A stretch of DNA of 64,000 nt, taken from positions 419 through 64,418 of the forward strand of contig CAKVHY010000003.1 in the NCBI GenBank assembly GCA_934754335.1. The letters run 5' to 3'. The position numbers and the translations under genes are program-made. The stretch's first letter is position 1. Every line of letters begins with the position of its first letter. This document shows positions 47,001-50,243 of this stretch, piece after piece. The notes below the pieces were generated by a model. That model was not told the DNA's origin. It ran no database searches and saw only the letters and a list, made by a program, of their open reading frames with translations. This stretch comes from an uncultured Clostridia bacterium. Its GTDB lineage: Bacteria; Bacillota; Clostridia; Christensenellales; UBA1242.

Positions 47001-48553
47001 TTTCCACCATCAACGCTATTTCCATTAACATCAATAAATCTTATAGGAGAAGTTGAAATATCTGTTTTCTCCCCATTTTTTAACAATGCTAGAGAATATC
47101 TTCCAGAATATGAAGGTTCCGCAACAACTTTAATTTTTGTACCTTGAATGCCATAGTAATCTTTAAAAATACTAACGCTTTCTAAAGTTGAATCATCATT
47201 AACAAATATTTCTCTTGGCATATTTGAAACCGAGACTCTAACCTTAATCTCTTTTGTAAACTGACCAACATAATCTTTATAATCTATCATGAAGGTAATA
47301 AGTGCAGAATCAGAAGTATTTGCAATATCAGAAGAAAGTTTGTAACTAGCACAATTAACTAAGTTGGCCAAATCTCCACCCATATTTCCGAAATTACTAC
47401 TATCGTAGTTCGCAACTTCTGCAACCACATACTTTGATGGAGCAGATACAACTTGTCCGGATCCAGTTTTTCTTACAATTTTATTATCAGCATCTTTGAT
47501 AGAAACAATATAATTTTCATCATCACGTCCACCAAGTTGACCAATTTTAAATGTTAAAATTCTGTTAATCAAATAATTATAATTTTGTTTTTCTTCTTCA
47601 GTCAAACCTTCTTGCAAAATGTTAAGGTTTGCCATTCCAATTTCATACTCACCTTTTCCATTCTTAGAAACAGCAAATACACCATTTCCCTCTGCGTTAT
47701 TTGAATAAACAACTATGTTGCTATCGGAAATAACGTCCACAACTTCAATCGTTTTCGTTGCAACAATCGGTTCAATACCTTCCTTGCCAACCGTATCAAG
47801 AGCAGTTACTTTGATTGGAACGCAAGTTTTTCCAAAAGATGTTATTCTATTTAAATTAAATAAAATATCATCTTTTGCAACACCACTTTTAACTCTCAAA
47901 ACACTATTTACGATTTCAAAGTTATCAGTTAACCATTTAAGTCTACCAGCATTGCTTGGATCACTTAAACTATTAGCACCAACTTGGAAATCTTTATCAA
48001 ATTCAACAAGAACATTTTTTCTACTTATATCGTTTGGAACGAAAGTTAAAACATTATCACCAGTCGGTGAAAAATCAAGTCCGTTTCCATTTACGTCAAG
48101 AGCCATATTTTTAACAGATAAAGAAGTAATACCCTTTTCGATATTTACTTTAATAGTCTTCTTTATTCCGCCTTCTTTTGTTAAAACAGTTATGATAGAT
48201 TCACCATCTAACCTAGGAGTAATCTTAACATAGTTTTTGTTATCTTTAAACTCTTTGGTGATGGAGATTTTTTCATCAGTTTGGATATCAATCTCCTTAC
48301 TAACCTCATCTTTACCAATAACAGTTATAACTACCGTTTTCTCCTCAGCGTTTGTAATTAAAACACCATCTTCAATTCTAGAAGAAATGGACAAAGAGAT
48401 AGCATCGTTATCCGACAATACCGAGCCATCAACTTCAACATTTATCTTCATGCCATCGTAAGGATTTCCACAAGCAAACAAAAATCCTAATGAACAAATA
48501 AATGTCATTACAATCACTAGCAATCTTTTTCTCATAACTTTCATTCCATCCAT
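23051..48553 (-). CDS. Giant (8,500 aa) surface lipoprotein with Ig-like regions and GLUG-motif beta-helix repeat modules
   Basis: Uninterrupted 25,503-nt ORF. N-terminal lipoprotein signal with lipobox LFAC. Well over 60 (by eye) G-G-[VIL]-[AVI]-G repeats (YVGGVAGY, NVGGLIGY, SIGGLVGC and others). True start may be any of Met1, Met4 or Met7. Confidence 0.9.
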   Translation of the reverse strand: MDGMKVMRKRLLVIVMTFICSLGFLFACGNPYDGMKINVEVDGSVLSDNDAISLSISSRIEDGVLITNAEEKTVVITVIGKDEVSKEIDIQTDEKISITKEFKDNKNYVKITPRLDGESIITVLTKEGGIKKTIKVNIEKGITSLSVKNMALDVNGNGLDFSPTGDNVLTFVPNDISRKNVLVEFDKDFQVGANSLSDPSNAGRLKWLTDNFEIVNSVLRVKSGVAKDDILFNLNRITSFGKTCVPIKVTALDTVGKEGIEPIVATKTIEVVDVISDSNIVVYSNNAEGNGVFAVSKNGKGEYEIGMANLNILQEGLTEEEKQNYNYLINRILTFKIGQLGGRDDENYIVSIKDADNKIVRKTGSGQVVSAPSKYVVAEVANYDSSNFGNMGGDLANLVNCASYKLSSDIANTSDSALITFMIDYKDYVGQFTKEIKVRVSVSNMPREIFVNDDSTLESVSIFKDYYGIQGTKIKVVAEPSYSGRYSLALLKNGEKTDISTSPIRFIDVNGNSVDGGKSGSLFYIKHNLNNEEIDALLDEYSVKISFEFRISTGEREENGTFKQIETSLSKTIKLNLIKSLSQEDLKGLAIAKLDLDITYPNKGDCLLIDLSEENVNVADYFDIKNAEYDRELLSLSAEGSKLYVVPNSNANVGKTSIKIYALNSASSGYKTVSIQSICNLFIPIFFGENNGVKYPFVMELNDNNSVFRNGDIYNDSRLNSQILYSPNKRNGENENEIWSEITYSTISNLVVRVNDKGSKNPTKIGLKLYNYILTIDANGDRVSRKLDITANCSVSIRGSEYLSWENGEIVTTGAVTNASEPAIITFNYSGYRWNEEKSKYELVKYSQSIKVWCFKPLSKFTINSQTEPVLYDYNSVGMNKAGEYSSYQLKYSVEPTIEDMGGLKTETKAGVEFGYLFESKYGVDSFENVVVREIKFSNNEVLRIKLGDIATFDEQTLTINLVDFYSLIGYDGSDASAGGIKMIANKWIEINKLSKLSASDVEEILENWIYSDALNIKFRVSLEQFGLLVGAENVDIKIERANKIKNIILENVDETGVYIEKRNNVASSFDLELRTESVVVFKDRLILSNFNNEVFEVEGVNADGSINSNNIKIVPKSAGVAYLTIQTENSMYQIGNTVDASTKVVLRVKVADGKSEETAFEISKISDLKQMYADLKSKNNYYYVLTNDLTLSNNNALSWKDISGVFATNNGEDLDTFSLNGKLDYVYNGVSYSKFSTLNVVWNITQKDIADAIKNDQISNLIYTNELNIAVLPFIAGTNAIVKNLAVNMNINADLPKIVTQLAEENDNSVLASKVKFSTLNIGGIAGYTVTSILNCKSEGILNINANNWADNFVGNDNNQNYKQINIGGMVGKAVSTDINNGNTIVNANIGGKYQQTSNVTDSYVNSDIAIVVQANEQKGTISKFINVGGVLGYAYYRSGVSKSLYDLTSSASIVVVDENGEFNYANVGGVVGFLRGSATLSGLTSYPTLRAKKNVGGVIGAVEGVLTLTASKVYLVSEMDSLGVNSSSIIANQNVGGLIGYACAINEDLAKITIQETYVRGFNTSNVDGTNFFGNIYGKKYDGWADDEVSIGGLVGCAEVSVSLDKTYFDASVYTNVNNPKVSGMVGVWTKNPSIIVYNEDGSSSTKKLNNTYSINNSYVKADISASVYGLCDGLDEVNKNEEQISNFVTKANVSKFYAYLNGNKYLILSNGGGNAGSTINKVDNFDFTGFDTTDGSINKGDWFINEKVNDGQPIILRRINDKLVPMYDYLPENLYASLYNLSFNNRAYIELSDSNNSSAEKNVVLFYNHNNEGITNVVNNKYLIGVDGIFSNATNYNYSRLISINLGGASSSIKTNFVELLLNGEISVKSSDIDQRVLKIKGNLIETVGTGVVDLTFYHTLNPEISTTVHFAVVDGFSEVKLYNINVKKEEVKPLTKGVENFETIYIDEDSNYLLEAVNIFNAGVAGEIAYNTNKNIGAIIEILDAKDLNDENVNGQIQVNQAGEVLTIADIGSLIYISNINDLSSLIFKGTKIGVVYLKITPVLNLETVQGIVDFESIYVKNDETKVNVRTELAEGEKVKALTNLGKEYAYNIVAKAKQIVIENEDAQIQPSGSDEVNIKVRTGNVALVDKTSGAGVKLYNADGSENIDYLAVINEDILINFYYYDTTNKKYNLVKSGDVKLENEPFTERFKNIENSSLVILEQSTAFVTMIAGSSEYIINYDVTFRFNKDRYKENATSFNLDELKYKVEFLAGSNKFATDTYDFVISASDPEKITATFYSQSEREEAGGFAENPGTTLSPGYTGLLKIQVSEKFSNCSYLTVELDSNSKDLYRYLNITQVRARLQEDQNEGLYHTIGYYPILTSIDENGVVTLEKTSSEYENIDNKIIFDDIFFLKFGLDESYKLEQSEREINLVIKAYNSKGTQVGSTLTKSLIVKPLPEIEVYINNSALFYDKTEIQPGDYKQIYWSAKNFDSIVEVSVSYANNAYMPYLFIVDESGLNSFIQNEGKSVDPEANGFTGMFEEGKSYYLVCLTTFFEHNNLMSNDLYDNASMIKIVATVSKYGVINPTSAEVSVQVVPLEIKDVTLAGSTSNGDSNNFEVLNGTSNGLQMLINPSEDSSDSTNIFRQIYGFKEETEKGKGSYVIFNNNYVDLNAEIENSKKVDAYKNITGYYNRDLIENRFDENNHPSFDLSNVGDNVYLYDSVSNSYINLKEMVAGGQYYLLNKGYYLISKLVITGENEKELKIEDFEKLNIQFEIDGISFNAKSVLGDSYLDYVQYYYANEQRYYSLKYMIENGGVFKGENEIYWKYNAKNYLNLTVYEAGNTAKYAYFRIYVPFERFYNLEEIKAILGNDDSYENRVCTTLLYKNRIYDINNYQLYEFEKTTDTGADFVNLYGEFVDVSKRYSMMDFSNKEKAQFAISGIYIDEDGTNTFVTGSKANFYYKVTDSNGEITETKLVKDGNYNGFIFKQETKTKVINGTKYNFHYYSLKATSVGNVGTILVKFDYFYDCFGEIRAFSDDIEDERFVKENDLYRVRIKDNEKSYKTEDGIEENYRYNLYTIEYEFDLIVKENTTYDHPNPIYDQKDFESMVEGQHYIMMNDITLSNYIPRVGNMASLDGNGYKITIESFDLKDFRGLSTEVNVGLFTEIVSEYTDASTGATGTPIVKNMTIDISPLFTSDDDIRKYTQDDTNLVYRYLNNFVTSSDIAENLNAYNNTISSHKLDLAFNKNVNFGVLAGINNGSITNVKVVSLEDINDSNLHILTSGIIDGVNTTLSFGGITAINNGSITNSFVGINNIISIDNNEIDNNFISWKNETADDKVIEDGKGETEDITLNPFKLAGSGRFAGVAVVNNNIISSTFAKAVGIENKYKGVENNETGAFVVVNAGKILNSFVEGYEFVENTYRTSQDFAISSENNVSGFVYENSGTIENAYSSVALKTHSSNSSGFVYENSGSIKYAYSTSYNTAIKAGNSGSLAHGAFNKWLDETSSGTGTIDNSYYLVAEGESELPYEQAVGISGIKNINGENGQMISEFDQANFFVGFIFLDNNEDSVWFMTKNGPKLVSTSIINTYSHRILTGMINEKTGEVIYDENTNTELDFSELTLVERAQYTYNYEYANDYQYGTRVNPLLVSTSEQFVNFIIENSRAYIDNNQKVVRVFGKTADETETDAVSTVNYIRQINDLEFAVTNETNIWNTPKNGVLLREVIFLGNYEGNGLDINNLNLTFKNDTEAKVNSHNFGLFNQIGLNKDNRDGLGINDAYAGAVIKNVNFDLVAYLGVQTTPDKAGVLAGSIYNSTIINVNISSSNDETAVVKGKNLVGGVSGLILDDTTGENADRTNLFDIEITDLKVRSSYENLIYTSAYTNPYGIYKKFATTQMDHTVISSYTLVDIENKGDTVSLNSYISNRIGSLSYAGSVAGIVYLDSNTNVNESERIKNLVTENFDEAVYKETEATIQNISVSGKFDIFAENAGGLFGYLGSNSKVSNVVLYANTDESKIGIKAKNYGGGIVAENRGVVEKAQLLFEDETQNTYDAEINNWNNLGKVNEAQETSGLFTVDGENYQGKIISIGGVAGYNNGGTIYDSMVKVPVTSDYALVAGGIIGYAENFTLIGYSYITSSVFANEVIGGTVGYYLAGAINQNKEFDLNYALYMEHVIALNKWGGKVRTALENNVSHLFTEANVDYKFTLRMAEIGNQQITSYSKIGRQQVAGKENEYTYYNIDASVKNLSYNNNANSFTYVGSLVGTVMVDNNIITNATTGAFTNHSENSVVDENRFIKQDKVNDLVEGELGDYFDGVVSTTYATLTTSGSADDENLSMNYGVINQALPTTSRVTTFNLANAELFSNGVVKVEKDNSKSIGEVFGDYKYSSIIQKDGMQTAIQLYLQNITGYYENVDTLPSGSTNETIDKMSSVNLFTNVYTVYEYNADGSYIIENGQRKISYKINASLVNPENPQARENYVWMKSSDEYLSKYKLAGYSNFATIKNSQELIEALSKPDNSRFYTMNTLSTDEGGKYVIDLTEISNRSNFARFNTVFRGVLTGMVDEDGNRPTVILKTGQVVDDEYYSVYALLNEINGAVISNIDFVIEIDNSRNVGKIYGSENGNFGLIATRVNLSTIEDCTFTIKSNNGNLKFELAYNEIEEGFNNVNNFGLIFGEVTASNIVGKDNGIVKLTVDDGIQELSIRTGVASTIGGFIGLAQSSSLYNISIQSDDKLKLNALVNYGRTTNNKIDLNFAGFVAKSASNSISSIEFKNINVNSDYDLNSNYLSNMRRYGVYFDIYIGGVVASSAYSTITNVYNNSGMNINLQRDGVEETLKKSTYSIYVGGIAGSILNTNIVNSKAGTLNVSEILVNAHYFYNYIGGLVGFVQDNSSISGNKESKNDYGNYSSIQASILVNAKDNAYIGGLIGYNKASGNVLTNMFNLGEVSVTNVTLLSESCSSVGIINLGGLVGYSDNGTYKNVYNAGDVKAVQSDTVEMNLGGFIGFAKVVKIENFIEYGDVYYYSRDNFFNNVGGIIGSASLTTIELKKGYSVARFYCINEPVNVEKTYNANLNTIASICNTDNTSEVYFVLEFYAKYQDVASSTEILSKAYDYSSYTDLDKSKNGTTAIGYADFIELVGTKLGNSEGFEDAQISDANSEPKVVLGRSTCLKTMLLPFELGKLSFEKGTKLNPQEITENAIANNTGYYILTTDITISDIDEFKGVLVGRNKNSINKNNNTPLDSANRGKDYPVLTVNITNLASTGIISGFAVRVSNDVKEHNFIGTNNGRVFNCVTFGEVTGDIKGSNDVENPTIVSSFLKTNNADIYRCGAVVTYTGKITGNVEREKDETTQKDIVKQDLVISGFVYENSGIIKDCYSTVNTDWVAKYHETGGVVKNYEINIKDAEEENKIPTGEKKDSLVAVGLAYINKTRTYSGISQSFHANEFIDYKVDLVGVEITYEIVTQEVLGAQVETINEVKTYRTSSIGSNNYNNSQTDDLLDKNISYFNSIDDAGNNIWDKSYRDTNYYLYNIRQGVVISTGIEAKLTYEVENDTNEIYVNAEEGSINYHNGQTQDGDIENKFPAKPKSVLDGSTYNLFQTESTSYIIKSEKDFNRYLLTSDIYGYQDLRLRKEGIDLPVYILNDSTQAKVYNLGGVNEDAIGFKDIKDEFIGFRITLTGFKLNGPMFEKNSGVIAGLTFKSLSLTDEQLEGDKDVAIVVGQNNKTIKWVFADGCSILSGKNGVGIISAYNIGTIGNVKVTNSSIGAFNNKYVSNAGAIAGMNVGTIGGHGVGAVMVGSANETGITIFGISYIGGAVGCNNGRIAGGVAVYKSNITGVDTSSQSIGGLAGASSASIESACVIECTITNLGVQTGGMIGYVESGVIGNDETYLISHTFVANSEITGNGSCIGGLIGLSYGSLKSVCLLDSNVGYQNEKTQANYVGGVVGYSTGYITMPYVIAGNGSISITGNANFVGGVAGYAYGTIYKFKVAPSSSGSGSITIKGLGNYVGGVAGRSDASIKSDYNGVYSLILDMKNVTVTAGTTKEDRITGGNYVGGVAGYGASVSEINVSELKVSSIADQDNYGYIGGVVGYGYVIKTINASKITVSTTGKACYIGGVAGYIEDIDNANAEEINVSAKGRYVGGIAGEAGRINQSYITKVDVSSQIENVGDSLDSRLRKAFETLLQQIKETEENCDNLNSLIRPYLNSEDKIAQESFAGINEIDYSDLSGFKNTVNNQLNVLISLIAEKEAYFTEKDGKTEKMYYEKLKDIANDAILFNQFVTGDKALPYVIEQSNKVISAVNKYISAKKVELKSKLTDADQEKYTALQEEVETISVEITNLVAEVHKYKDANNNYLYKAKDGENLYAKYWSADGITTSTLYNTYFASGSLNSFESKLSGTNKTNFAERMNGLKAKYNSLISSPKKDGENIINGLSKQRFITQYEGLEKQIIDLIALYGQNEIDSLTNTMNTKQAECDQLLAQIEEISDLKDELAELGTLSKQVSSYEEKFVEIKTNAIINKDEVLDIIKEIEETIENLKTKIAKDLRNYRQNYAFVGGVAGTVGWINSTEAKDVNATTNGVFLGGIAGQLTGYSSEVTLGVASALNNTITSSFNAGVHYSNHTLLDGAFVGGGYGIAGFVNFYLVGEEQAKGSLYREISAVGINGLIASQDPLIDKTIVSAQGSFVGGLAGFSGSLSGVIIINETQVSSQMDYVGGVSGSVGDNSEWRTNKAEEKGTNNYSSANGNCQVNATIIVQTVTISTTGRYVGGVAGYIRGGLLGSVNVKALTLTGGRLAKETGDTDDGYVGGVAGLITANNYVNDFSSKDQFARNKVGIYATILVGGENQADAVSITAQGNYVGGAFGKSNLDLGHYTTESNSAGAYNYKGSKYTYAGGSGGTITVRNLTISSSLGDNIGGVVGAFEGYSLNKVENGRIIETQILSAHVNQTILSYEKDANGKLTPNYDDDEKLSNLIPSTKVDGTKYYRAKRRILALNITITANGDNVGGAIGKTDSTNENASLSNNVVDKLNTDNNIDVGNIVITNSTRSDNGTTKGNNVGGAIGYAGREVNKVAVIISDSGVNITSNGKYVGGLIGCAGSLVTGAEAFSNIVVNSTYIAVLPDKTKEVIDNAGKKTIEPLTSSDPAYLNYIKEFEEAESVYVGGIIGGLEEGTLTSEADYQVWIAGTINVTANQNKVGGLIGKGQLGSVVGKNRVDFITNNAKITVKGNAMVGGAVGYGPYVGSITLNNVTVNGVYAVGGVAGYADVSSVELNNATVTATGKALSEDEIYAYFSRYSEKVGETLTWQLYEDITPSGNGSVNQTYAFAGGGAGVTRKTSVSTKSFKIQNLNLNANGGFVGGGVGAELVKYGVKEPDKTYETISINASKITNSTIFASGNGVGGMFGYVAYADIYSTGSMDTSSVQISGLSYVGGIVGRANGDIMGKILVKGNESQKITGSSYVGGVVGYLNGGILKNKSRPGGGDDIEAHTSIVVANVTVLGDNSTGSYVGGIAGLVTGHINVERIQVLFTDSTYSISGNAYVGGIAGKLEGGFNTNYVGSADGLTLGQNNRSPEFDSENDSYNYHYPLIDGANGSAKTVDSATAGYIGGGVNIENGVASINGNSNVGGAFGYNDGITAINGNIENIIVNGGTKTGGVSGESKILYVRYLKLKTNKDENGLNISVVGSGDYTGGFVGYSNGLCAVGSYRGVRVSGTNYVGGICGYSNGGSITASARSLRINGNNTYDGITASGSYVGGICGYAIGGCKISGQTAGEDANNDITISGVNYVGGVLGKGDVRYVYDGDGNILREQCSSPTVSGENSATITASGSYVGGIAGELIHCTSDNTQQVKISGSNTGSISAQGDYVGGICGNFHKDTLASSSAKLGNCRVTVPARSSISGGSYVGGLFGYVDTDAGEKSESTELRVEGITEFVGSKEKVVSAIMGSMYVGGLAGYSAVGANLTDNHKIIVKQITMQISSSVESSSSLYTDYNDGYYEGRYKVTEIIHNYFCNNSKCTNYGKQLSLGTRDGKDAWVCNGKSQGEYCTYYTTAYLPKKVGDSGTFDMLGVLSPGFEAGKSRTVVTGQDFHNTLNAFNYIGKIIGNNLKLGYYDEDCGTYDHDQMIFSGEKPNRISHLERTVELIDSTGQVILSSKGQTDFNSPDVTATYKFTYMPGDGKSIKKSSNYQEIQLGIQGTQSVEAQISYQTASSWVETSREITYNQIFSHKEKVWHTVVDTIGYDEEGRPITSERIVESEQDIYKTDYSNGAGYITYRGTQVSENIKVGTLNVTGYVKLIPVVLCELEVSLSNGLSYTYEFISYIYESSEITATYNAEPEKIVQSVPNPSAGQSITIIDGTPIYGELVIKDADKDDKRKEYARQTAINANQNVVVDYNINSMFSNVGLTQSSARKIIKNGETVTFKINFEKEEEQLKINSLNMHSNLLGLITSRTLKEGTVTHDELSYNVRAYTSSGKVLDDSVISKITSCDFGWSLAKTSGTVIPGKEQTNG
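23054..24700 (-). other. Unique non-repetitive C-terminal domain of the giant protein (about 550 aa) with a 4-Cys cluster
   Basis: After the last YVGGLAGY the sequence becomes non-repetitive. FCNNSKCTNYGKQLSLGTRDGKDAWVCNGKSQGEYC (near nt 24440-24560), then a beta-rich region to the end. No LPXTG or other anchor. Confidence 0.5.
24700..28950 (-). repeat. Giant protein module 6, part B: about 1,400 aa of dense GLUG beta-helix repeats
   Basis: VGGVAGT, LGGIAGQ, VGGLAGF, VGGVSGS, VGGVAGY, VGGVAGL, VGGAFGK, IGGVVGA, VGGAIGK/Y, VGGLIGC/K, VGGIIGG, VGGAVGY, VGGMFGY, VGGIVGR, VGGIAGL/K, VGGICGY x2, VGGVLGK, VGGIAGE, VGGICGN, VGGLFGY, VGGLAGY. Confidence 0.6.
28950..30105 (-). other. Alpha-helical/coiled-coil-like insert of about 385 aa splitting the dense GLUG array
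   Basis: A Gly-poor stretch rich in E/K/L/I/Q/N, from SQIENVGDSLDSRLRKAFETLLQQIKETEEN to IKEIEETIENLKTKIAKDLRNYRQNYA. It has no GGxxG motif and is flanked on both sides by YVGGIAGE and FVGGVAGT. Confidence 0.6.
30105..31800 (-). repeat. Giant protein module 6, part A: dense GLUG beta-helix repeats
   Basis: Head YIIKSEKDFNRYLL...YILNDSTQ, then a GGxxG motif every 20-30 aa (IGGAVGC, IGGLAGA, TGGMIGY, IGGLIGL, VGGVVGY, VGGVAGY x3, IGGVVGY, IGGVAGY, VGGIAGE). Confidence 0.6.
31800..39310 (-). repeat. Giant protein GLUG modules 2-5
   Basis: Module heads lie near 39150-39310, 37380-37680, 34850-35100 and 32800-33060, each followed by looser GLUG-type repeats (FGGITAINNGSI, VGGVSGL, AGGLFGY, IGGVAGYNNGG, VGGIAGSI, IGGLVGF, LGGLVGY and others). 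Confidence 0.55.
39320..43290 (-). other. Giant protein region II: about 1,300-aa GLUG-free spacer (Tyr/Asn-rich, beta-rich)
   Basis: No GGxxG motifs between DGQPIILRRINDKLVPMYDYL and HPNPIYDQKDFESMV. Some Ig-like strand signatures (VVDLTFYHTLNPEISTTVHFAVV). Boundaries approximate. Confidence 0.45.
43290..45080 (-). repeat. Giant protein GLUG module 1 (about aa 1160-1750)
   Basis: Opens with the module head AFEISKISDLKQMYADLKSKNNYYYVLTNDLTLS. Then IGGIAGY, IGGMVGK, VGGVLGY, VGGVVGF, VGGVIGA, VGGLIGY, IGGLVGC. Boundaries approximate. Confidence 0.6.
45090..48469 (-). other. Giant protein region I: about 1,130 aa, GLUG-free, Ig-like/beta-sandwich-type
   Basis: Repeated Big_2-like terminal-strand signatures (ITPRLDGESIITVLTKEGGIKKTIKVNI; KIVPKSAGVAYLTIQTE...VVLRVKV) and no GGxxG repeats. 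Boundaries approximate. Confidence 0.5.
48470..48553 (-). other. Type II (lipoprotein) signal peptide of the giant protein
   Basis: MDGMKVMRKRLLVIVMTFICSLGFLFAC: positive n-region, hydrophobic core, lipobox L-F-A-C with Cys28 (codon at 48470-48472). Confidence 0.75.
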
Positions 48554-48639
48554 AAACTTATTATTTGTAATTTTATTTTTATAATAACTTTTTCAAATAT
48601 AATTTTTAAGATTTATTATAATTAATAATTACTAGTAAT

Positions 48640-48668
48640 AGTATAACTATTTTGTCGAAACATGTCAA
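48640..48668 (-). promoter_or_regulatory. Candidate sigma-A promoter of the giant gene
   Basis: Minus strand TTGACA (48663-48668), 17 nt, TATACT (48640-48645), about 85 nt upstream of the first ATG. Confidence 0.45.
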
Positions 48669-48891
48669 AGAAAATCAAGTATTTATTAAAACTTTTTTAA
48701 TATTTTTATATTTAATATTTACGCCTTTATAAAGCCCTTTTTATAATGTTTGGATAATACTTTGCAAAATAAAAAATTAAAATAATAATTAGGCTAAAAA
48801 ATTTTATTAATTTTTATAAAAATTTTTTCAAAAAATCTTTTAAAATCCTATGAAATATGCTAAAATGTTTTAGTTTTAAAAGGATAAAAAT

Positions 48892-49632
48892 ATGCAAAAA
48901 ATTTTAAGTTTAATGCGTCACGCAATAGATAAATACTCAATGATCAAAGAAAATGATAGAATAGCAGTTGGAATTTCAGGCGGAAAAGATAGTCTTCTTC
49001 TCGCCAAAGCACTTAAGCAATATTCTAAGTTTTCTCCAATAAAATTCTCAGTAGTCGGCATTACAATTGATATGTTTAACGATAATAATTTTAAAGAAAT
49101 TGAAGAATTTTGCAAAGAGAATGAAATTGAATATCATATAGTCCCTTCAAATATTTATGAAACGGTTTTCGATATTAGAAAAGAAAAAAATCCTTGCTCA
49201 CTTTGTAGCAAATTAAGAAGAGGAATGCTTATCTCCACCGCAAAATCTCTAGGTTGCAACAAACTTGCATTAGGTCATACAAAAGATGATGTAATTCACA
49301 CTTTTTTCTTAAGCATGATTTATGAGGGCAGGTTAAATAGTTTCTCTCCTGTATCTTATTTAGACCGAACTGACATGTATGTAATTAGACCATTTATACT
49401 TTTAGATGAAAAGTTAATACTAAAGAAGGTTTCAACATTACCTGTTAAAAAGAGCAAATGCCCTATGGACAAAACTTCAAAACGTGAATATGTTAAAACC
49501 CTAATCAATAACCTTGAACAGGAGATTCCAATTTCAAAAGATAGAATTTTTAGAGCAATCATCACGCCCGAAAGTTATAACTTGTTTGACAAATTTGAAA
49601 AACAAATAAAAGACGATTTTAATAAAAATTAA
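48892..49632 (+). CDS. ttcA: PP-loop ATPase, TtcA-type tRNA 2-thiocytidine synthetase family
   Basis: PP-loop GISGGKDS, CSLCSKLRRG and LALGHTKDD motifs; AAGGA RBS. Confidence 0.7.
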   Translation: MQKILSLMRHAIDKYSMIKENDRIAVGISGGKDSLLLAKALKQYSKFSPIKFSVVGITIDMFNDNNFKEIEEFCKENEIEYHIVPSNIYETVFDIRKEKNPCSLCSKLRRGMLISTAKSLGCNKLALGHTKDDVIHTFFLSMIYEGRLNSFSPVSYLDRTDMYVIRPFILLDEKLILKKVSTLPVKKSKCPMDKTSKREYVKTLINNLEQEIPISKDRIFRAIITPESYNLFDKFEKQIKDDFNKN

Positions 49633-49636
49633 AAAA

Positions 49637-49690
49637 CACCTGCAAAGAGAAACCAATAAAGGTTCTCTTAAACACAGGTGCTTTTATTTT
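49637..49690 (+). terminator. Compound hairpin terminator after ttcA (overlaps the 3' end of spoIIID)
   Basis: Outer stem cacctg (49637-49642) with caggtg (49675-49680). Inner stem agaga(a)acc with ggttctct. Followed by cttttatttt. Confidence 0.45.
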
Positions 49691-49919
49691 CCAAATATGC
49701 AAGCCTTGTGGCTTCCCCACCACGAATATGCTTTTCATTAAAGTTTTTAATCAAAATTTTCTGTACCTTTTTATATAAGCGTTTATTTATATAAGGCAAC
49801 TTATTTGAAACATCATTATGAACTGTACTCTTACTAACATTATAAAATTTAGCAGTTTTTCTTATAGTTGATTTGGTTTTAATAATATATTTTGCAAAAA
49901 TTTCCGCCCTTTGAAACAT
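49668..49919 (-). CDS. spoIIID: Stage III sporulation transcription regulator SpoIIID
   Basis: IRKTAKFYNVSKSTVHNDV HTH and NEKHIRGGEAT, typical of SpoIIID. Start set to the ATG at 49917-49919 (GGAGG 5 nt upstream) instead of the track TTG at 49931. Confidence 0.85.
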   Translation of the reverse strand: MFQRAEIFAKYIIKTKSTIRKTAKFYNVSKSTVHNDVSNKLPYINKRLYKKVQKILIKNFNEKHIRGGEATRLAYLENKSTCV

Positions 49920-50003
49920 AAACACCTCCAAGCGTTTTTAAGATATTTATGTCGAAAAATGCGGAAATAGAACAAAAAATACGACTTAACGCCGTATCTC
50001 CGA

Positions 50004-50243
50004 TTACTTATTATCTTTTTTATTTTTGCCAACAATATTAATAATATCATCAACAGTTTTGATTTTAACTGCTTCTTCGTCCGAAACAGTTACACCAAAT
50101 TCATCCTCCAAAGTCATTAATAATTCAACAACATCAAGCGAATCAGCGCCCAAATCATCAACGATTCTACTTTCCTTTTTGATTAACTCTGGTTTTAAAT
50201 TTAATTGGATAGATAATAGTTCTCTTATTTTTTCAAAATCCAT
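50004..50243 (-). CDS. acpP: Acyl carrier protein
   Basis: DLGADSLDVVELLMTLEDEFG (phosphopantetheine Ser in DSL). Start set to the ATG at 50241-50243 with GGAGG 5 nt upstream. Confidence 0.88.
   Translation of the reverse strand: MDFEKIRELLSIQLNLKPELIKKESRIVDDLGADSLDVVELLMTLEDEFGVTVSDEEAVKIKTVDDIINIVGKNKKDNK

Noticed and set aside
25563-48461. Plus-strand ORFs nested antisense inside the giant gene (for example 25563-25769, 27414-27629, 31173-31427, 37493-37720, 38466-38954, 47715-48233, 48237-48461), plus short same-strand out-of-frame ORFs.
   Set aside because: Their translations are low-complexity (Ser/Leu/Pro/Ile-rich), they have no RBS, and they lie entirely within a much longer and better supported frame. 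They are typical shadow ORFs of repeat-rich coding DNA.
23051-48553. The possibility that the giant ORF is an assembly artefact of collapsed or concatenated near-identical repeats.
   Set aside because: The repeats are conserved only at the short protein-motif level. By eye I found no long identical or near-identical DNA segments within the gene, and the module heads and spacers are all different. This cannot be fully excluded without reads, so it is listed as a check under the main finding.
23051-48553. Protease (HExxH, IgA-protease-like), sortase LPXTG anchor, toxin or nucleotide-binding motifs in the giant protein.
   Set aside because: Visual scanning of the translation around all His residues and the C-terminus found no HExxH, no LPXTG plus hydrophobic tail, and no Walker A motif. 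Only structural repeat signatures are supportable.
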